DNA of 64,000 nt from assembly GCF_009914755.1 (NCBI RefSeq), contig NC_060942.1, one strand, 5' to 3'. Positions within the stretch are counted from its first letter, which is position 1, and each line of letters begins with the position of its first letter. Position numbers and translations under genes: made by a program. The DNA comes from the human T2T-CHM13v2.0 reference genome, Homo sapiens. The notes beneath the pieces are model-generated. The model searched no databases. It worked only from the letters and a program-made list of their open reading frames with translations, and had not been told where the DNA came from. Of this stretch, positions 1 to 13,464 are shown piece by piece.

Positions 1-124
1 CTTCTCATGTCTTTGTTGAGTTGTTTCTCTCGTTTTGATCTTTTATTTAGGTGTCCCTCTTGGTCAGAATATGTTACTTATTGGTCTCAATTTATAGCCT
101 GCTTAGCCAGTTAGATACTCCCCA

Positions 125-179
<55 letters not shown>

Positions 180-1450
180 TGTGTGTCTTAGAGTTCACAG
201 TTCAGTGAGTTTATGATTTTTTGCCCACCTTTAGTCAAGGACTAGTAGCTTGAAGATTCCTTCTGATCATTTCTGAGAAGTTGCTTCTTTGGGGATGCAC
301 AGAGCCTTTCAGACTGCTGGGGATGACTAGGTTAATATTTTTACTCCTGGCTTTCCAAGAGTCACCCTTAAATCAGCAGAGCTTATTGTTCTGGTAGTGT
401 TCGGTGACAGGTTATGTGTAAGCCCCTTGTGCCAGTGAGACTTCCTTTTGATGAGTTTGTATGCAGCATGGGGAGTGCCTTCATATTCAGCCACTACTGC
501 CCTGATTAATCCCTTGTAGGTGCAACTTAGCAGCTGTGTACAACATTCGCATTCTCCATGGTTTATTATAATCTTATTAATACTCTTCATGGTTTCTTCT
601 TTTCCTATTTCTTTCTATTAAACTTCTGGCTACTCTGCCACTTTGTCCAATTATGAAGCTACCAGCCTTCTCTTAACTGCTATCCACCAAGATCTCCACT
701 GTTTCTAACAATGGCTTTAGAAATAAAGTTCTCCTTTCTCTGTTCCAAATAAAGTCAGTTGTCTCTGGCAGAGCTGTGGAGCTCTTTGCTCCAATGTCCT
801 GCCTTTTCCCTGGGCAGAAATCCTATATCTCTGCAATATAGCTGGGGGCAGAACCCTGCTTTTTTTTGAGTAACACCCTGTTTCATGAATGAGCACTGAG
901 GATGGTGTAGAATCTATTGTTCTTCTTAGCTACTCCTCCCAGCTTCAAGCCTCCATGCTATAAGTGAGCTAGGCAGAGCAATTGACGCCCCAGTATTCTC
1001 CATGCTCTGTGCTCAGAGTAGACTTCTTACCTATGAGTGAGAACTAGCATGAGAAGAGACATCCAATCCTGTTAGCTATGCCTATGTGGAGCAGACTTTC
1101 AGCAACGTGGTACTAAGTTGAGAGATGTGGGAATAGGACATGTCAGCAGCTTGCCCCTCCCAGAATGAAACCATAGTCCTAGACTGGAAGCTGGTGGGAG
1201 AGGAAGCCTTTGTCATCTTCATGGTAGAGGTAGAACTTCATTAACACAGGGCTGTGGGTGGTGATAATGGAGTGAGTTGTGTCTCAAAGGTCACAAACTC
1301 ACCATTCTTACTGAAGATTAATCGTTTTCTTGAAGGAAAGTTTCTTCATTTGCTGTATGTTCTTAATTTCCAGGGACTTTAATATAGTTTGTTTTATCAT
1401 TTTAATCATTTAAATTTCTGTTTTTCTGGAGATAATTTCTATTGATTTCC
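1..1450 (-). mobile_element. Old L1M-type LINE fragment (5'UTR/ORF1-proximal), highly degraded
   Basis: T-rich plus strand with motifs resembling antisense old L1 5' regions; no intact ORF; subfamily and ends uncertain. Confidence 0.5.
128..186. repeat. (TG)n microsatellite
   Basis: About 29 TG units with one TA interruption. Confidence 0.98.
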
Positions 1451-3196
1451 CCATTCAGTCATTGCAGAACTTCCCAATTTTTTCGTTAATCGGTTGTTCG
1501 CCCTTGCTCAAAGTAATCACTTAAAGAGCTTTTTAAAAAGTAATCGCTTGAAGAGCTTTAAAAATTACTGATTCCTGTGTTTACTAAACAGTAAACAGTA
1601 TACTTTGATCTAATTAATCTGAATTGTTATCTGGTCAACAGGGCTAATAAAAATTCTCTGGGTTATTCTAAATTGTAACCTGGTTAAGAACTAACTTCTT
1701 CAATCCAATCCATAGTGGGCCCATATTCTTCAGCCATTTCTGGAGATCACAAAATTTGATCTTTATGACATACTACAAGAAAGCTGTTGAATGGGTCCTT
1801 CTATCTTATACAAGTCATGCATCAGCACAGCAGAGAAATTTCTGACAAGTACCTCTTTATTTACTTAACAGCACCACTTCATTTCTCTAATGCCCTGTTA
1901 AATATATATATTATATATAATTTATAACTATAAATTATATATACAGAATATAAAACACAGTCTCCTCAAGACGTACTGTACCATTATGTTCAACTAATGA
2001 TGCTTTCCATAATATGTCCAATCCCTTATCCACCTGTCTAGCACTTCCTTCATTGGTTTGTAGGTGCCAGCAGTTCTTGTTGGTCCTGTGGCCATCAGTT
2101 GAAGATTTTCCCTTTATATTTTAATATCAAAGGGAATTTTGCCTGGGAAGGGTAGCAAGGGAATAATCACAGAATAAACCATGCAAAGATGGTTGCTTGC
2201 CCCAGTTTTGGTATGTATACCATCTTCTTCATTTACTGTGGTGCCACAGAGGTCAGTAGACAGAGATAGGGATTTACGGAAAGTGGCTGCAAGAAAATAT
2301 AAAATATTTATTAGGAGATTTAGCTCCTAATATTTTGTAGTATTATTTCTTCACCCTCTCTATCTCCTCACTAGATCATTTTTGTCCCAGACAATATAGA
2401 TAAACAGTGGAATTATTTAAGTTTAATGGGACACTTGGTAGCAAAAATGGAGAAATTATAGAGCTCGGGCTCTGTATTATTAGTATATATCTCTGTTAGT
2501 CAATTTTCATTAAATTCCCAAAGAGTTTAACACATACAAATGATTTCACTGTTGTATGTGACAAAAATTCATATTCTTGGCAGCTTTCTGATTCATAGAC
2601 TTGAACTTCTGTCAGCTTTTGCATTAATTTTAGTGCTTCCTGTCAGTTTCTTGCAACTAATGATGTAAAATAAGTAATTATAGAGAAAACACTCTGAAAA
2701 CTAAATAGTCTAGCAGACTACATGCTTAGGTAAGTGAATATGTACATTTTATGAAGTTGTTAATATATGTCTTAAACAAATTAGCAAATTGCTGATTAAT
2801 TCACATCAGAGAATTCACTCCCTCACTCTCTCTCTCTTTCTCAGTCTATGTCTGTTTCTCTCCCTGCTCCCTCCCTCTCTCTCTCTCTGCCTCTCCCATT
2901 AAGGAACATGCCATATATGTTTAAGGAACTGAAGATCCCCTAAGTGGCTATTTTCATTGTAAAGAACATTTTTACTTTTTCTGAATGACTGGATTTGAGA
3001 TAAAGTATATGCTAAATTCAATAATACTGCTCATTACTTGGAAATAATTTTAAGTTGGGAATCATTCTATGATCTTTATATTCTTTATTCCTAATATTAA
3101 TGTAATTTTGAATATTCAAGGACATTCTCTAAAGAAAGATGGACAATTTTTTTGACAATCCTGGATTTACAATTACACATAAAAGAAATAATGGTT

Positions 3197-3510
<314 letters not shown>

Positions 3511-4521
3511 AAACAATGGTTAAATTCAGAATGAGTTCATAAATCTCCCAATTAATTATCTCACCAGCAAGTGAAGGCCGTCAGATTATATTTGGTTCAT
3601 ACCTAATACTTTTTAACTTTTGTAAGGAATGTGTTTACCACAGTGATCTTTGTATACATATATCCACCGCAGAGAAATGGCTATATTTTCTTTTTACCTT
3701 ATTTAATTCCTTTTTGTATAGTTGATTTGGAATGTATGTGTTACTAATAAACATATTCAGCACCCCCTATAAAATAAAATATTGCTGGACATTTATGCAG
3801 AATCTATCTTTATTTGGTTATTTTCTGGGTATGAAAGCATGCTAATATTTACTTAGAGTTAGGTATCTGTTAATGATGGACCAAACCCCAGAAAAAAAAG
3901 AAAAAAAAAGAAGACTTTCTAGGGAGATTAGACTAGCCTGCATGTGACTGGTCTGCATGTTCCACTTTTTGTAGAAATGTTTATACAAGTAGCCAATTAA
4001 TGTTTAGTCTATTGCTTGGTAACTGTATAATCAAAACAACAGGAAATAAATAACATTAATACAACTCTCCTTAAAGTATACTTTTCTTCCTATAAAAATT
4101 ATAAAAATAATTTTTAGTAATACTATATTTCAATTTCCCATGAGAAATTGAAGTTAACAATTGCCTTCGCAAAGTTTGGAGAAATAAATGCAACTTCCTT
4201 CATATCTTCCCCCATCCTCCCCCACCAAAATTGCTACCAACAGCAACTAAATAGGCAAGCAAGCAAAGAAATATTTAGGCTTTGTTCAAGTCACTGTTTC
4301 CTATATTTAAAGGATCATAGACATTTTTAGGTAAAATCAATTAGAGTTCTATAAACATTTCATCTCTTTGAGAAATTCTGTCTTACAGAGGAATATCCAT
4401 CAGATACAATCTGTTCTATGGGAATCACCTACCAAAAGAGGCTAAATATAGATAATAAAGTATTGCACCTTTTCATTAGTGTTTTTCAAGAAAGCAATGG
4501 CATTAGCAAGTCTCTAAAACC

Positions 4522-5455
4522 TGTTTTGATATAATATGAAATATATATTTGGTTGCTGACCCATCTTTCCTGGCACAGAGCTCCTAAAACATTTGCAGAT
4601 AGGTGTAATATGAGATTCTTTTGAGCTGATATTTTATCTTTGACACTAGTTCTTACACAGAGCCCCCAACCACTTGGAATTTCATAGATGATAGAGTTTC
4701 TTTTGCACTAATGAGGTAACTGATGGCTGAGGGCTCCTGGATAGCCTCAGGATGTGGGCTACTTGCCAGGGGAACCAACTGTGTGATTAGAGTGTTAGAA
4801 TTTTCAGCCCCCTCCTTCACCCCCCAGCCCACCCCACTAACCTCCAGGGAAGGGAGAGGGGCTGAATGCTCAGTTGATCAGCAATGGCCAGTGATTTGCT
4901 CAATACTGCCTACTTAATAAAGCTTCTCTAAAAACCAAAAAGACAGCCTTTAAAGAGTTTCCAGACAACTGAATACATGCAGGTCTCTGGAAGGTGGCAG
5001 CCACAGAGAGGGCATGGAAGCTCTGTGACCCTTTTCTATATATCTTGCCCTATGCATATCTTCCATCTGGATGTTCATCTTTACAATTTTTAATATTCTT
5101 TATAATACACGGGTAAAGTGTTTTTTTGAGTGCTGTGAGCTGTTCTAGCAAATCTAACCCAAGGTGGAGTCATGGGAACCTTGATTATACTGTCAGTCAG
5201 AAGTATAGGTGACAGTCTACTACTTGCCACTGACATCTAAAGTGGAGGCAGTCCTGTGGGACTGAGGCCCTCAACCAGTGGGATCTGACATTATCTTCTG
5301 GTAGCTAGTGTCAGAATTAAATTGAATTAGAAGGCATCTGGCTGGACACTGCAGAATTTATTGGTGTGTAGAAAAAGAACCTCTACACATCTGGTATCAG
5401 AAGTGTTGTGTTGGGTACGGAAGTAGAAAGTAGAAATAAACACTTTTTTCTCCTT
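4522..5455 (+). mobile_element. MER21-family solo LTR
   Basis: GAAATATATATTTGG...CCTGGCACAGAGCTCCTAAAAC, GGAACCAACTGTGTGATTAGAGTGTTAGAA and GTGTCAGAATTAAATTGAATT match recalled MER21 consensus motifs. Confidence 0.75.
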
Positions 5456-5724
5456 TTAGGCCTATGTCCCTATATGTTGAATTTTATCAGTTCATTCTGC
5501 CTTTGCTTCTATATGTGTGCCTGTTTCTGGAATACTTGAATTTTTCACAGCTTGATGTGTTTGTATCACTCATCATTTAGGTAAAACTACTGCTGAGACT
5601 CTTCTTGTTTTTGCTTTTTTCTTGACTATCATCAGCCCATTCACTTTAAAGGGCATCTACTAGTTGGTTCATCCAAATGAATGAACACATCACCATTTAT
5701 TTATTGCATGCTAAATTCTATTGG

Positions 5725-7703
5725 TGATATGGTTTAGCCATGTCCCCACCCAAATCTCACCTTTAATGTAATAATCCACATGTGTCAAGTGTGGGGACAG
5801 GTCGAGACAATTGAATCATTGGGGCAGTTTCCTTCATATTGTTCTCATAGCAGTGAATAGGTCTTATGAGATCTGATGGTTTTATAAATGGGAGTTCCCC
5901 TGCACAAGCTCTGTTGCCTGCCCCCACATAAGATGTATTTGCTTCCCCTTCACCGTGATTGTAAGTTTACAGAGGCCTCCCCAGCCATGCTGAACTATGA
6001 GTCAATTAAACCTCTTTCCTTTATAAATTTATTAGCAGTGTGAGAACAGACTAATAAAGTAAATTGGTTCCAGTACAGTGGGATTCTACTGTAAAGATAG
6101 CCAAAAATGTGGAAGCCACTTTGGAACTGGGTAACAGACAGAGGTTGGAACAGTTTGGAGGGCACAGAAGAAAAGAGGAAGATGTGGAAATGTTTGGATC
6201 TTCCTAAAAACTTCTTCAATGGCTTTGACCAAAATGCTGATAGTGATATGGACAATAAAGTCCAGGCTGAGGTGGTCTCATATGGAGATGAGGAACTTGT
6301 GGGGAACTGGAACAAAGGTGACTCTTGCTATGTTCTAGCAAAGGAACTGGCAGCTTTTTGCCCCTGCCCTAGAGATTCATGGAACTTTGAACTTCAGAGA
6401 GATGTTTTAGCGCATCTGGCGGGAAAAAACGTCCAAGCAGCAAAGCATTCAAGAGGTGACCTGGGTGTTGTTAAAAACATTCAGTGTTACATATTCACAA
6501 AGATATGGCTTGGAATTGGAACTTATGTTTAGAAGGGAAGCAGAGCATAAAAGTTCAGAAAATTTGTAGCCTGATAATGTGATAAAAAAGAAAAACCCAT
6601 TTTCTAAGGAGAAATTCAAGCCAGCTGCAGAAATTTGCATAAGTAACAGGAAGCCAAATGGTAATTGCCAAGACAATGGGGAAAATGTCTCCAGGGCATG
6701 TCAGAGGGCTTCACAGCAGCCCCTCCAATCACAGGCCTAGAGGCCTAGGAGGAAAATATGGTGCTGTGGGCCTGGCCCAGGGCCTTGCTGCTTTGTGCAG
6801 TCCTGGGACTTGACTTGGTGCCCTGTGTCCCAGCTGTGGCTAAAAGGGACCGACATACCTCTCAGGTCATTGCTTTAGAAGGTGCAGGCACCAAGCCTTG
6901 GCAGCTTCCATGTGGTGTTACCTCTGTGGGTACACAGAAGTCAATTATTGAGGTTTGGGAACCTCTGCCTAGATTTCAGAGGATGTATGGAAATTCCTGC
7001 AGAAGTTTGCTGCAGGGTTGGGGCCCTCTTGGAGAACTCCTGCTAGAGCAGTGCAGAAGGGAAATGTGGAGCTGGAGTGCCCACATAGAGTCTCCACTGG
7101 GGCACTGCCTAGTGAAGCTGTGAGAAGAGGACCATGGTCCTCCAGCTCCCAGAATGGTAGATCCACAGACAGCTTGTACCATGCACCTGAAAAAGGTGCA
7201 GACACTCAATGCCAGCAAGAGAAAGCAGTTTGGACCATGGACTTTTGAGTTAATGCTAAAATGAGTTAAGAATTTGGGGTACTATTGGGAAGGCATGATT
7301 GGTTTTTGAAAAGAGAGGACCTGAGATTTGGGAGAAACTAGGGGTGGAATTATATGGTTTGGCTGTGTCCCCACCCAAATCTCACCTCAAATTGTAATAA
7401 TGGCCACATGTCAAGGGTGAGGTCAGGTCTAGATAATTGAATCATGGGGGCAGTTTCCTCCATACTGTTCTCATGGTAGTGAATAAGTCTCATGAGATCT
7501 GATGGTTTTATAAATGGGAGTTCCCCTGCACAAGCTCTGTTGCCTGCCCCCATGTAAGACATGTTTGCTTCCCCTTCCACCATGATTGTAAGTTTGCTGA
7601 GGCCTTCCCAGCCTTGGTGAACTGTGAGTCAGTTAAATTTTTTTTCTTTATAGATTACCCAGACTCACACTGCTTATTAGCAGTGTGAGAACAGACTAAT
7701 ACA
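5725..7703 (+). mobile_element. Two-LTR THE1 (MaLR) element: 5'LTR 5725-6058, internal region 6059-7349, 3'LTR 7350-7703
   Basis: Both LTRs start T(G/T)ATATGGTTT...TGTCCCCACCCAAATCTCA and end AGACTAATA(A/C)A; internal region has typical MaLR-int sequence (AATGTGGAAGCCACTTTGGAACTGGGTAACAG); degenerate 5-bp TSD ATTGG/GTCGG. Confidence 0.95.
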
Positions 7704-8789
7704 GTCGGTATCCCAGCTGTCATAATTTCAGTTGGCATCAATTCAGGACACAAAAAATAGTTTAGAGCTGTATATTTTGCCAGAGTTAATTAGATGCTAA
7801 CTTTGTGTATTTTTGGAAAGTGCCATTACTGTTATTAAGGGACAGAACTGGGACCCAGAACTAAAATGTTCTATCCCATTTTCCAAGTTCACCTGATCTG
7901 TTTTCATAATGCAATCAATCTACATTAGGGTATTTATTATCTGAATCCCTGTAAACAGAAAGTTTCACGGAACATTAAAAGTCATCAAAATCTTTAAACA
8001 AAAATCATTATAACATAAAAGCACTTAATAAAGTGACTTCTCAAATATTTCTTTCTACTTAATACTTGTTTAGGACATATCATTACTAAGAGCGTCAAAA
8101 TCTTTGTCAGTTTCATGTTTCTGTTGTAACTACAATACTAAATATGACAAAATGAAAAAAATGTAAAGATTCAGTATTTCACTTGATGATTTTGGAGTAG
8201 TTGTCAAACCTTATTCAAGCACATTGACTACTGAGACTCTGACAGTTGAATCTGTTATTACTCAAAGAGAAGAAAATCAATACAAGTTTCCAAAATGAAT
8301 GAATTGCATGTAAAATTCTTGAAAGGCTCTTCTGAAAATTAATGAAACTTCATGCTTTTTTTGTTTGTTAAAAATGACTGTCAGAAAAGTCACTCTGAAA
8401 GTGTTAAATGCATGGTACAGTGTATGAGATACTGCACACAATATATATATAGAAGGATAAATTATTTCCTTCTACAAGTATTACAATTGATTTCTTTATG
8501 TGGTGCTGAGATCTAGAGTGTAATTGCTATTGTAATCCCAAACATTAAAATACAACATAAAACAACTAATTTTCTAAGTTTAGTTTAATTTCTCAAGATA
8601 ACCTTCCAATACAACTTTTTTCTCATTATATTTACTTTAAAAATTATTTCAAATTGTGAGTGAATTAATTTAAAATTGTTCACTCACCCCCTCCCAATAA
8701 TTCTGTTTTCCTAGCAATTTCTGTTTTCCTAAGTGATTCACCATTTGCCAATAAGAACATAGGTAATGTTAGAGAAAACTTCAAGGATT

Positions 8790-9940
8790 TCATTCACTTA
8801 TTCAACAAATGTTTTTGAGCACCTACTGTGTGCCGGACACTGTTGTAATTGAAGGAATGAAGAAAACCGGCTCACATCAGTTCACAGTCTCGTAGGAAAA
8901 TATAAACTGGTAGCTATATCAACAGATACTGTGTGTTATGAAGAAAAGATAAGTGAGTTTAAAGAGATAGAGAGGGATGCTAGTCAAAGAAGATCTATGC
9001 TGTTGTGACATCTGAGCGTAGACCTGAAGAAGATGGAACAAGAAATGTGGCTATCTGAGGGAAAGGGCAGAGGAACAAGTTTTTTTCTAGGCAGAAGAAA
9101 GGATTTTGTAAAACTTCCCATGTGATAGCACCCTGGCATGCAGAGGAAGGGTAGTGAGGCAATACTTTGGCATAAGCTACAGAGAGAAAGGGGTAAGAGA
9201 TGGAGTCAGATAGCAAGGAAGAATATCTTGTCATACTGAGGATTTTAGCTTTTATGCTCAAACAAGACAGGAAATCATTAGGGTTTCTGTGCAAAGGGGT
9301 GAAATAAATTACCTTGCTTTAAAGAATAACACCTAAGTGAAGAATAGAGATATTTGGAGGAGAAGGTAAAGTAAAGACACCAGTGAGTAACTATTTTGAT
9401 CTGTCCAGAGAAAGATAAGTGTGGCTTTGGATTACAGTAGTAATGGAGGTGATAAGAAACTGTCAACTTTGGCATATATTTTAGGTTTGTGCAAAAATAA
9501 TTGCAGTTTTGGCCATTCCTTTTAATGGCAAAATCTAATAATTTGACAAGTCTTTATGATGGAGTTATGTGTGGAAAAGAGAAAAGAGAGATTGTTTTAA
9601 ATTTGCTAGTCGGGGAGAATAAATGACAGGGAAGAAGTGTTCTTGTTTGTAGATTAGGCCATGTTTTTACGGGAGAAGGTGTATCCATTATAAGTAATAA
9701 CTGAGGAAGAAGGGCACACTGGAAGGGGAAAATTGAACATGTAATATAAAGAAACATTTGGTAGAATATTGTATTATAAATGGTTAAAGAAAGAAACAAT
9801 ATATAAGAGCTAATCTTGAAGAACGGGACACTTCCTGAAACAGGAGAGAAGAAAATGACAACAAAGATACACAGAAACGATAAAGAATAGAGCAGGAAAA
9901 TGAGAGATGCCTGCATTAGATGACTTCAATTATTTCTAAA
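8790..9940 (-). mobile_element. L2 LINE fragment including the 3' end
   Basis: TTCATTCACTTATTCAACAAATGTTTTTGAGCACCTACTGTGTGCC is the antisense L2 3' end, followed by a purine-rich L2 body. Confidence 0.8.
9481..9538. mobile_element. MADE1 (Hsmar1-derived MITE), internally deleted
   Basis: TTAGGTTTGTGCAAAAATAATTGCAGTTTTGGCCATTCCTTTTAATGGCAAAA matches the MADE1 left TIR and centre; only CTAA+TA remains of the right TIR. Confidence 0.85.
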
Positions 9941-10062
9941 TTCAGAGTAAGCATTGTGGTGATAAGATGCAATGCTAATTTTTATGTTATATAATTTGAT
10001 ATAGATTTATTTGCTTTCTTCTGTTTTAAAATATCACTTTAAATGATCATGCCACGAATTAA

Positions 10063-10205
10063 TAGAGAAAGAAAGAATAAAGAAAGAAGAAAGAAAGAAA
10101 GAGAAAGAAAGAAAGAAAGAAAGAAGAAAGAAAGAAAGAAAGACGAAGGAATGAAGGAAGGAAGGAAAGAAGGAAGGAAGCTGGAAGGAAGGAAGGAAAG
10201 AAGAC
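10063..10205. repeat. (GAAA)n/(GGAA)n polypurine simple repeat
   Basis: About 140 bp, almost purine-only. Confidence 0.95.
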
Positions 10206-11230
10206 AAGAGCTCATTGACCACAAAGCTTTTTGTTTTGCACATTTCTATACACCTTTGAGCAAAATTTCAGTAGAAACTTTGGAAATAATGATGAACCAA
10301 AATGACTATTTGAAAATTATATAAATAATCTGACAAACTATCCAATTGAGGTTAGAAATTCTGATATTTCTATATATAAAATCAATAATTCAAAATCTAG
10401 TGTATTCATAGGATTTCATCTACATCCTCTTCCAGTGCTAAGTTCAAGGAGTTTTTCAATCCTTTCCAGCTCTTGCTATCATACATTTCCTGAGGGAAGT
10501 TGTAGGTTAAAATTGTCTTTAAGCCATTTTGGTTTAAGAGGAAGCTTATTCCCAAGGCACGTTTTGAAACAAATATTGTCTCAGTTTTTCATGTTTACTA
10601 AACATATGGATGGAATAAAGCAGTAGCACCTATGTGATAAAGCCGATAGAGGTTTTCCAACTGGGGGGACCCCATACACAGGGGAGCAATACCGACTAGA
10701 CCCAACTGTGTTCCAGATGTTTTTTAAAGTGTCAGTTTACTTTTTTCTCCTCTTTATTACAGGACTTGATGTCTGGGAGAGGGCTTACTATAATAGATAA
10801 TCCTATAAAAAAATCTTCAGTAATGATTGGTGGATACTAAGGCCATGATTTTGTCCATTAATAGGTATTCTCAGGACTACTTTGGGAGACATCAACTAGA
10901 AAGAAGTTATACCAAAGAGTATTCATTACAGCCAGAAGCTACTGACGGTCATGTTTTAAGACTAGATGGAACCTAATTAGTCTTCTCAAATTGCCACACA
11001 GAGTCACTACCTTCTTGTAAATACTTAATATTTTACATCCTTCAGCTCTACAAACCTGTTGCCAAAGTATATCTTTCTAGGTAAATGCTCAGCACTGTCC
11101 TGACCCCATTCACCTCTTTTGGAGGTATGAGCACGCTGGCTTAGAGGGAAGCCACCAGAATTTCGTGTGCTTTGTCAAAGTTGTTGGCTTTGTTCAGTAT
11201 AAGTTTCTGGAGTATGAAAGCCTGGCTGCC

Positions 11231-11267
11231 TGACAGAGTGAGAGTGTGAAACACTCTCACTCTGTCA
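11231..11267. repeat. Perfect 17-bp inverted repeat with 3-nt loop
   Basis: TGACAGAGTGAGAGTGT-GAA-ACACTCTCACTCTGTCA. Confidence 0.97.
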
Positions 11268-12133
11268 TACCGGTGTTCGCTGTCTTCATACTACCAGCAG
11301 GGCCATCGCATCTCATCAGTAGTGAGGGACAAGTGTTACAGTAATACTTAGTTTTATAGGAATCACTTTTCTGGTAGCTCAGGAGCATTCTTAGTTATGG
11401 TTGACACATGTTCTGCTTTGGCAAGGCTAGACTTCGTTTCACAGAGAAGTAGAAAAGAACGTTTAAATTGTATTTGAAAATTAAAATTCTTAACTTATGG
11501 GTCATGTATAATCTTTCTAAAGAGGCAAAGCTTGCAGCAGTATGCAAATGACGATAACAGCCTTCTGTATTATAAAACTATCCATCACTCCAAAAGTCTT
11601 TCTCTGATGTCTATGTCAGCAATGTGTTACCCAACAATTCTCAAATAATAATGGTAAAGCCATTAAAAAAATCTAAAAATATTTTACTTCAAAATTACAT
11701 TTCTGGCCAATGTCCCAAAATCAAAATTCCCAAGATTCTTTTCATCTTTTCTTCTGTCTATGCAGCAGATACGACAAATGCTTTTGTTAAGCCCAGGTTC
11801 ACTTGGATTCTAAGTAATTTAAATGAAATGCCCTATGAGTAATTTGTGTAAACCAGTCCCCTTTAGAAGAACTTACACTAGTTCCTTGGGGGATGTTTGT
11901 CACTTTTATTTGATGTTACAAGAATTTATACCCTGACAACTACACTATCACAATGTCACTTGTAGTATCAGTTTAATTAAGGTACTGTCAGCTTTTCTCT
12001 AGTTTGCACAGTTGAATGTCTCTCTTATAATCAAATGGCCCAGCAAATTGGTGTTTCGTGTACTAATCCCAATTTGTTTTCTTTTCCTAAAATGTGACTC
12101 AAATTGTTAAAACCATTATTTAGTCATTTGATG

Positions 12134-12217
12134 TTAAAATAGATGGGTATATATTTTGTGTTTAGGATAGATGGATATATATTTTGTGTTTAAAATAAAT
12201 GGGTATATATTTTGTGT
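12134..12217. repeat. 28-bp tandem repeat, 3 copies
   Basis: Unit TTA(A/G)(A/G)ATA(G/A)ATGG(G/A)TATATATTTTGTGT. Confidence 0.9.
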
Positions 12218-12225
12218 TTCTTTCT

Positions 12226-12539
<314 letters not shown>

Positions 12540-13464
12540 TCTTTCTATATATTTGAGTCACTTAATACCAGATGGTCTTCTAGTCCTATCCTATACATAT
12601 TCTGGAACAGTTAAAAATAAAACTAGTGGGCTTATTTTGCAACTGGATTGACTAACCTATTAAATACGCATAAAAGATATCAGACTTGTGTGGCACATTA
12701 AATTTTGCAGAAGGCTTCTGTTTCTTGTGACAAATGAAAGGCTTATAATTCCTGATGTATGAAATATAATAATGTTTTTAAGATGAAAATGATTCTGTCC
12801 AGCATGTAACTGTATCATTTTTATGAACTGTAATTATATAAAATCAATGAATGTTTTATATATGTATTGTGTAACTCATTACAGGCAGCAGAAAGTGTGG
12901 AAAGAGTACAGTGTAGAAAAAGCACTAAATTTTAAAGTCAAAGTTTGTGTTCAGTAATTATTCAGTTCTGCAATTAATTAGTTATATTACACACAGCACA
13001 CTATTGATGCTGGCAAAAAAAATCAGCCGTTATTTCTACAAGGCCTTGAAAGAAATTAGCATATTTCACCCCAAAATACGACTCCCTGGTATAATGAGTA
13101 TTTCAAATTAAAAACTCTCAGAGATTAACAAGCACTGGAAGAGACTTTCCCCTAGGTATATAAAAATAGAACTGCCCCACCATGAAGAACAGTTGTTCCT
13201 GTTCCCCTCCCTGTTAGCTCATTATCCATTACAGGAAAGAATGATCAAGAATGTGACCACACCTTAAGAGATGCTTTTTCAAGATAATGACTGTCTCAAA
13301 GTTCAGGTACATTCCAAGGAGAACTATTTACAAGTTAATTTCTGTTTCCTGATCCAGTCATTCTCCTTAATAATTATTAATAGAATACCTATTATATTAG
13401 GTATTCTATAGAATACCTCTCAATAAAATACCTCTTCTCTTCCCTCCTATAATATCTGTTTTAC

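Noticed and set aside
1511-1565. Short tandem duplications (about 27 bp here; similar ones at 44918-44950 and 55406-55442)
   Set aside because: Ordinary slippage duplications with no further structure.
10034-10324. Lys/Arg/Glu-rich and Phe/Leu/Ser-rich ORFs
   Set aside because: They are translations of the (GAAA)n/(GGAA)n repeat.
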